Made by a program: the position numbers and the translations under genes
In this document: positions 58,463 to 64,000 of the stretch, one piece after another
Numbering within the stretch: position 1 is the first letter of the stretch
How the letters are laid out: each line of letters begins with the position of its first letter
The notes under the pieces: generated by a model
Seen by the model: only the letters and a program-made list of their open reading frames with translations
What the model was told of the DNA's origin: nothing
Database searches by the model: none
Assembly (NCBI GenBank): GCA_036500225.1
Contig: DASYCJ010000021.1
Coordinates: 7,635 to 71,634 of the forward strand
Length of the DNA stretch: 64,000 nucleotides
Reading direction: 5' to 3'
From: Gammaproteobacteria bacterium
GTDB lineage: Bacteria; Pseudomonadota; Gammaproteobacteria; Natronospirales; REEB76

Positions 58463-61400
58463 GGGTGGCTACCCTCGCGGGCGGTACCATCCTCATGGCT
58501 CGCGATCGCCACCTCATAGTCGCGTTTACGGTCCAGGAGCGAATAGGCCACCGGCACCACCACCAGGGTCAGCAGGGTCGAGAATAGGATGCCGCCGATG
58601 ACGGTGATGGCCATCGGCGCACGGATCTCGGCGCCCTGGCCGATGCCCAGCGCCATGGGCAAGAGCCCCAGGGTGGTGGTGAGCATGGTCATGACGATGG
58701 GACGCAGCCGCGAGCGGCCGGCTTCCACTAGCGCCGCGTCCCGCTCCATGCCGCGGGCCCGCAGCTGGTTAACGAGATCGATGAGCACGATCGCGTTATT
58801 CACTACGATTCCCGCCAACATGATGAGCCCTATGAATACCACCACGCTGATGGTGGTGTGGGTGATGAACAGCGCCAGCACCGCACCCACCAGCGCCAGG
58901 GGCACGCTGAACATGATCACCAAGGGGTGGATCAGGGACTCGAACTGGGCGGCCATCACCAGATACACCAGGAAGATGGCGAGGCCGAGTGCGAACTGCA
59001 TCGAATGGAACGAACTCTGCATCTCCTCGTTCTGACCCGCCACCCGCACGAACACGCCGGCGGGTAGCGAGATCTTCGCCACCAGGCTGCTAGCTTCCGC
59101 GGCAGCGGTGCCGAGGTCGCCCTGGGCCACGTTGGCGGAGACGAGTGCCATGCGCTGTTGCGCGCTGCGGCGGATCTCACCCGGACCTTCGTCCAGGGTC
59201 ACGTCCGCCACCGCCGAGAGCGCCACCGGCTGGGCCGAGCCCGGGTTGATGATGAGGTTGCGGATGTCGTCCACGCTACTGCGCTGGTCGTCGCGGTTGC
59301 GCACCAGCACGTCGATCTTGCGGTCATGGAGGGTGTAGCGGGTGGCCACGTCGCCGCGCACTTTGGAGACCACGGTGTTGGCCACGTCGCTGGAGAGCAG
59401 GCCCAACTGCGCCGCCTTGGCGGCATCGATGTGGATCTGAATCTCCGGTTGGCCGGATTGCATGGTGTTCTTCACGTCCGCGAAGCGCGGCGAAGCTGCG
59501 AGCACCTGGGCCACTTTGTTGCTGACTTGCTTGAGTGTATCCAGGTTGTAACCCACGATCTCCACTTCCAGCGGTGTCGCCAAGGTGAAGAGCGAGGGCT
59601 CCTCGAACTTATAGTTCACGCCGGGCATGCGCGCGAGCGTAGTGCGCAGTGTGTTCATCACGTCCGCTTCCACGCGCTTGCTGGTGCCAGGTTTTAGCAC
59701 CACGTTCAGGCTCGCGGTGTTCTCACCCGCATCCACCGGGTTCGCATCCAGGCGGTTGCCGGTGCCGGCCACGGAGTAGGTGGTGAGTACCTGGGGGATC
59801 CGGGTCGCGGCGGCTTCCACCTGTGCGATGGCCTCATCGCTGCCGGTGAGGGGCGTGCCGGGCGGCAGCGTGAGCTTCACCTGGAACTCGCCTTGGGACA
59901 GTGAGGGGATCAGTTCCACGCCGAGGGTGGGCAGGAGCATCAAGGCTACCAGCAGGGAGCCGGCGGCCACGCCGAGCACGTGCAGCTTGTGGCCGAGAGC
60001 CCAACGGATCAGTCTCGGATAGCCTTCTTCGAGCCAGGTGTAGCCGCGGGTGAAGATGTCCATGACCGGCTTCAACGGACGGCCGATGACGAAGCCCACG
60101 AGCTTCGAGAAGCCGCCGAAACTGAGTACGATCCATTTGGCGACGAACGTGAAGCCGCGGGACAGGCCACGCGGGATCTTGTACAGGAACTTGGTGATGC
60201 GTCCTTCGGGCAGGGCGCGCGGGCGGTCTTCGCCGGCGCCTTCCACCTTGAGCTTGGCGCCGGTGATGCCTAGGCAGGCCAACATGGGGATCAGCGTCAA
60301 GGCCGCGAACAGCGAGAACACCACGGAGTAAGTGACGGTCAGGGATTGGTCGCGGAATAGCTGGCCGGCGATGCCGGTGACGAACACCAGCGGGAAGAAC
60401 ACCGCGATGGTGGTGAGGGTCGCGGCGGTTATGGCACCGCCCACTTCGCTAGTGCCCTGCTGCACGGCATCGAGGGTGCCCTTGCCCATGGCACGATGCC
60501 GGGAGATGTTCTCCAGCACCACGATGGAACTGTCCACCAGCATGCCGATGGCGAGCGAGATGCCGCCCAAGGACATCATGTTGAGGGTGATGTGGCCAGC
60601 GTACATGGCGATGAAGGTGGCGATCACCGACACCGGGATCGCGATGCTCACCACCACCGTGGACCAGACGTTGCGCAGGAAGAAGAAGATCACCAGGGCT
60701 GCCAGCATGCCGCCGATGATGGCAGCGTCGATCACGTCGCCGATGGCCTCGGAGATGAACACCGACTGGTCGTATTCCTTGGTGAGCTTGAGGCCCGCCG
60801 GCAGGTGCTCGTCGATGTCGGAGATCTTGGCGTCCACTTCCTTGGCCACCGCCACAGTGTTGGCGTCGCCGGCCTTATATAAGGCCAGCTCGACCGACTC
60901 CGCCCCGTTGATCCGGGTGATGGCCTGGCGCTCCTTATAGGAGCGCTCCACGTCCGCCACGTCGCGTAGGTAGATGGGCCGCCCGTCGCGAGTGGCGACT
61001 ATGGAGTCGGCGATGTCATCCACGCTCTGGAACTCGTTCATGGTGCGGACCAGGAGCTTCTGGTTGCCCTGCTGCAGCAGGCCGCCCGAGAGGTTCACGT
61101 TCTCCGCTTTCAGGCGATCCGAGATCTCCGCGTCCGTGAGGTGCAGCTCCGCGAGCTTGCCCTGGTCCGCCAGCACGTGAACCTCGTCTTCCAGGCCGCC
61201 GCTCACTTTCACCGCGCCCACGCCGTCTACCGCTTCCAGGGCCTTGGTCAGGTCCTGGTCCGCGTAGGTGCGCAGGTAACGCAGCTGTTGGATGCTCGCA
61301 TCGGCGCCGGTGGCGGCCGCCAGGTCTTTCGGGATGCCGGTGAGGCCGTAGCGCATCACGGGCTCGGTGGAGGGATCGAAGCGCAACAGCACTGGGCGTT

Positions 61401-61785
61401 TGGCCTCGGTGGGCAGTTCCAGGGCGTCGATCTTCTCGCGCACGTCCACGCCCGAGTAGTCCATGTCCGTGCCCCAGGTGAACTCCAGGGTCACGTCCGA
61501 CTCACCGGGCCGCGACACCGAGCGCACTTGACGCACGTTCTTGATCACGCTCACCGCTTCTTCGATGGGCTTGGTGACCAGGTTCTCCACCTCCTCGGGT
61601 GCGGCGCCCGGCATGTCGGTGCGCACTGTGAGGGAAGGGTAGGAGAGTTCCGGCAGCAGGTTGAGCTTCAGTCGCGAGAGCGAGACGAAGCCGAACACGA
61701 TCACCGCGACCGTGAGCATGCCGATGGTGACGCGCCGGCTGGTGGCCAGCTTGACGATGCCTAGGACCTTGTTGGGGGTGGACAT
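58459..61785 (-). CDS. RND efflux transporter permease (first pump gene)
   Basis: 1108 aa with N-terminal RRVTIGMLTV..LPELSYPSLTV and TM4 LAIGMLVDSSIVVLENI. It has a long loop between the two halves and a 4-nt overlap with the downstream pump gene. Confidence 0.93.
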   Translation of the reverse strand: MSTPNKVLGIVKLATSRRVTIGMLTVAVIVFGFVSLSRLKLNLLPELSYPSLTVRTDMPGAAPEEVENLVTKPIEEAVSVIKNVRQVRSVSRPGESDVTLEFTWGTDMDYSGVDVREKIDALELPTEAKRPVLLRFDPSTEPVMRYGLTGIPKDLAAATGADASIQQLRYLRTYADQDLTKALEAVDGVGAVKVSGGLEDEVHVLADQGKLAELHLTDAEISDRLKAENVNLSGGLLQQGNQKLLVRTMNEFQSVDDIADSIVATRDGRPIYLRDVADVERSYKERQAITRINGAESVELALYKAGDANTVAVAKEVDAKISDIDEHLPAGLKLTKEYDQSVFISEAIGDVIDAAIIGGMLAALVIFFFLRNVWSTVVVSIAIPVSVIATFIAMYAGHITLNMMSLGGISLAIGMLVDSSIVVLENISRHRAMGKGTLDAVQQGTSEVGGAITAATLTTIAVFFPLVFVTGIAGQLFRDQSLTVTYSVVFSLFAALTLIPMLACLGITGAKLKVEGAGEDRPRALPEGRITKFLYKIPRGLSRGFTFVAKWIVLSFGGFSKLVGFVIGRPLKPVMDIFTRGYTWLEEGYPRLIRWALGHKLHVLGVAAGSLLVALMLLPTLGVELIPSLSQGEFQVKLTLPPGTPLTGSDEAIAQVEAAATRIPQVLTTYSVAGTGNRLDANPVDAGENTASLNVVLKPGTSKRVEADVMNTLRTTLARMPGVNYKFEEPSLFTLATPLEVEIVGYNLDTLKQVSNKVAQVLAASPRFADVKNTMQSGQPEIQIHIDAAKAAQLGLLSSDVANTVVSKVRGDVATRYTLHDRKIDVLVRNRDDQRSSVDDIRNLIINPGSAQPVALSAVADVTLDEGPGEIRRSAQQRMALVSANVAQGDLGTAAAEASSLVAKISLPAGVFVRVAGQNEEMQSSFHSMQFALGLAIFLVYLVMAAQFESLIHPLVIMFSVPLALVGAVLALFITHTTISVVVFIGLIMLAGIVVNNAIVLIDLVNQLRARGMERDAALVEAGRSRLRPIVMTMLTTTLGLLPMALGIGQGAEIRAPMAITVIGGILFSTLLTLVVVPVAYSLLDRKRDYEVAIASHEDGTAREGSHP

Positions 61786-61788
61786 TCT

Positions 61789-62346
61789 TTAAGCCTTGGT
61801 GTCGTCTATGTGGCAATTGTTCTTGGCGTCATCGTCTTCCATGACCGCATAGGGCTGGAAGGCGGGCAGGCTGCTACTGATCTTGTCCTGGATCACGATC
61901 TCAGACTTGAACACGTCGCAGAGCGCCCGCCCTTCGTCCTTGAGCGGCGCAACCTTGGCGTCCAGATCCGCGTCCATCTGCTTCCGGTCTTCGCCAGATA
62001 GCAATGCAGCCACCACCGTGCCCATGCCACCGAGCATCGTGGTGAGGGACTGCCCACCGATGTGCCTGCCGCGCCGTTCCATATCGAACACGCCGCTCGA
62101 ATACTGCTGCAGCAACCCGCGCTGTTCGGCGCTGATCGTCACCGGCTTGCCGCCGATGCTGAGGTCACCGGCGGCGGTGATGTGCGCCTGGCTGTGATCC
62201 TTAGCGGTGATCGTCACATCGGTGCCGTGGATCTCGATCTCCGTGCCGGCGTAGGGATTGGTGCGCACGTCGGCCTGGGCGCCCGCGGCACCGAGCAGGG
62301 CGGTGGCGGCGCAGGCTGTGAGGCCGGTCTTCAGGATGGCGCGCAT
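61789..62346 (-). CDS. secreted protein, paralog 1 (185 aa), possibly DUF2884/YggN-like
   Basis: Signal peptide ending GAQA. Shares LSIGGKPVTISAEQRGLLQQY, ALC, SLPAFQPYAV and CHID with the upstream paralog. It ends 3 nt before the RND gene start. Confidence 0.7.
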   Translation of the reverse strand: MRAILKTGLTACAATALLGAAGAQADVRTNPYAGTEIEIHGTDVTITAKDHSQAHITAAGDLSIGGKPVTISAEQRGLLQQYSSGVFDMERRGRHIGGQSLTTMLGGMGTVVAALLSGEDRKQMDADLDAKVAPLKDEGRALCDVFKSEIVIQDKISSSLPAFQPYAVMEDDDAKNNCHIDDTKA

Positions 62347-62350
62347 GACA

Positions 62351-62953
62351 TCAGACCTCTTGGCCGTCGATGTGGCAGCTGTGTTCCGGGTGCCGTTCGA
62401 TCACTGCATAGGGTTCGAAGGCAGGCAGGCTCTCGGCGATGGCTTCCTGTACCTGTCGCTCGCTCTTCACGTCCTTGCACAGGGCGAGGGCCTCATCCCT
62501 GAGAGGCTCGGCCTTGGCCTTCATCTTCTGGTCCAGGTCCTTGTCGTCGTCCAGGTCACCGGCGTCGCTGACCAGGCTGCTCACCAGGGTGCCCAACATG
62601 CCGCCAACCATCTGTACCGCGTGCTCGCCGATCTCGATGCCGCGCTCCTGGATGTCGCGGATGCCGAGGGCATAGCGCTGCAAGAGCTTCTGCTGTTCCG
62701 GGTTCACGCTCACGGGCTTGCCGCGGATGCTGAGTCCTCCGGTGGGATCGATACGGGCCACGCTGCCGTCGTCGGCGGTGATGACCACGTCACCATTCAC
62801 GATATCGATGCCGTCGTGTTCCATCACACCCACGTGCACGTCGTCATCCTCGCTGTGGGCGTAGGCGTCGGTGCGGGCGTCAGCGAAGACGGTGGCGGCC
62901 GTAAGGCAAGCGACTCCGAACAGGAGCGGGACGATCCTGAGGCTGGTATTCAT
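62351..62953 (-). CDS. secreted protein, paralog 2 (200 aa), His/Asp-rich
   Basis: Signal peptide ending VFA. N-terminal HSEDDDVHVGVMEHDG, core LSIRGKPVSVNPEQQKLLQRY, ALC and SLPAFEPYAV, and C-terminal ERHPEHSCHID. Confidence 0.7.
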   Translation of the reverse strand: MNTSLRIVPLLFGVACLTAATVFADARTDAYAHSEDDDVHVGVMEHDGIDIVNGDVVITADDGSVARIDPTGGLSIRGKPVSVNPEQQKLLQRYALGIRDIQERGIEIGEHAVQMVGGMLGTLVSSLVSDAGDLDDDKDLDQKMKAKAEPLRDEALALCKDVKSERQVQEAIAESLPAFEPYAVIERHPEHSCHIDGQEV

Positions 62954-62982
62954 GAGCTACCCCTTCTACGGATGTGTGGGTA

Positions 62983-64000
62983 TCAGACCGAGGGCACGGG
63001 TTTGGCGGCGTCGGCGGCCATGGCTTTCTGCGGTGCGGCGTTCACTACCGCCACCTTGGTGCCGTCCTTGAGGCTGTTCTGCCCCAGGGTCACTACCATG
63101 TCGCCGTCGGCGAGGCCGTGAGTGATCTCCACCTTGTCGCCTTCGGCGTAACCCAGGGCCACCGCCGAGCGATGCGCGACGCCGGACTTGATCACGTACA
63201 CCGCCGACTCGCCGTCCTCGGTGATGATGGCGGCGCGCGGCACCGTGAGCGCGTCCTTGTGCACGTCATAGGTGACGCTCACTCGGCTGAACATGCCGGG
63301 TGCCAGCACGTGATCGGTGCGGCGCACTTCCACCGTCACCTTGAAGGTGCCGGTCTGCGGGTCCACCACTGGCGAGAGGCGGGCTACTTTTCCGGTGAAG
63401 TTCTTGCCGGGCAGGGCATCGGCGCTCAAGCTCGCGGGCTGGCCGGGCTTCAAGCGCGCCAGCGCGTTCTCCGGCACGTACAGCACCGCCAGGAGCGGAT
63501 CGAAATCGGTAACCACGTACACCGCTTCGTTGGGTGTGAGGGTGTTGCCCACCTTGATGAGGCGCTTGGCCACCACGCCGCTGATGGGCGAGCGGATCAC
63601 GGTGCGATCCAGGTTGAGCTTGGCCTGATCGTTGGTGGCCTTCAGCACCGCCAGGTCATACTTCACCGCGTCGAAGGCGTCGGCGCTGATGAGCTTGCGG
63701 TCATAGAGGGTCTGGCTGCGGGTGAACTCCAGCTCCTTCTTGTCGTAGTTGGCCTGGGCCTGTTCCGCGGCATAGCGCATGTCTGCGTCGTCGAGCTTGG
63801 CCAGGGAGTCGCCGGCCCGCACCTCGCGGCCTTCCTCCGCGTAGATCTCCGAGACCGTGCCGCCCACCTTAGCCACCACCGAGGCTTCTTCAGCCGCTTC
63901 GAGGGTGGTGGTGCCTGAGTAGGTGGCCGCCACCTCGCCGCGCTGGGCGGGGGAGGCTTCCACCGGGATCGCCGGAGTCGTGTCTTCCGGAGCCTTGGCC
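62983..64000 (-). CDS. RND efflux periplasmic adaptor (membrane fusion protein), 5' end outside the window
   Basis: Biotinyl-lipoyl-like VVAKVGGTVSEIYAEEG, a coiled-coil hairpin, and beta-barrel/MP domains (FTGKVARLSPVVDPQTGTFKV). The frame stays open to position 64000. Confidence 0.88.
   Translation of the reverse strand, partial: AKAPEDTTPAIPVEASPAQRGEVAATYSGTTTLEAAEEASVVAKVGGTVSEIYAEEGREVRAGDSLAKLDDADMRYAAEQAQANYDKKELEFTRSQTLYDRKLISADAFDAVKYDLAVLKATNDQAKLNLDRTVIRSPISGVVAKRLIKVGNTLTPNEAVYVVTDFDPLLAVLYVPENALARLKPGQPASLSADALPGKNFTGKVARLSPVVDPQTGTFKVTVEVRRTDHVLAPGMFSRVSVTYDVHKDALTVPRAAIITEDGESAVYVIKSGVAHRSAVALGYAEGDKVEITHGLADGDMVVTLGQNSLKDGTKVAVVNAAPQKAMAADAAKPVPSV

Overview
High-GC (about 60-65% by eye) core chromosomal segment with gammaproteobacterial gene order. 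I support about 65 protein genes, 2 tRNAs and 1 SRP RNA, called from motifs and synteny only; no searches were possible. Order: a TPR gene and an unknown 351-aa gene, divergent from a Sel1-repeat/prolyl-4-hydroxylase fusion; sucA-sucB-lpdA; a methyltransferase, polysaccharide deacetylase and Bax-like glucosaminidase; relA; the Pseudomonas-like block yebC-ruvCAB-ybgC-tolQRAB-pal-cpoB-queE-queC-tRNA-Lys; a class I aldolase; mlaFEDCB and convergent mlaA; a BepA-like M48/TPR protease; a FadL-family porin; gcvR-bcp-phoH2 divergent from dapA plus a short BamC-like lipoprotein; tRNA-Ser, ffs and dnaX-ybaB-recR extended by an FkbM methyltransferase and a HIT protein; rsgA and a Ste24-like M48 peptidase; orn, a PLP dehydratase, a secreted protein, an AlkB-like hydroxylase and DUF2147; a small unknown patch; ppsA/ppsR; pgm; DUF1249; a coiled-coil unknown; and an RND efflux operon. 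I found no transposase, integrase, phage gene, CRISPR array or recognisable defence system, so most of the window is ordinary housekeeping DNA. The best candidate for something undescribed is the RND operon at 55403-64000. Two paralogous secreted proteins with conserved Cys and a His-rich tail sit between the adaptor gene and two overlapping pump genes. Secondary items are a BamC reduced to its BamD-binding segment, a Bcp peroxiredoxin with a lysine-rich tail coupled to PIN-PhoH, tRNA-Ser fragment debris, three convergent gene pairs sharing a CTAA/TTAG stop overlap, and several unknown ORFs. Many ORF-track starts were trimmed to internal starts supported by signal peptides, SD sequences or start/stop overlaps. 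All family names need HMM or BLAST confirmation.
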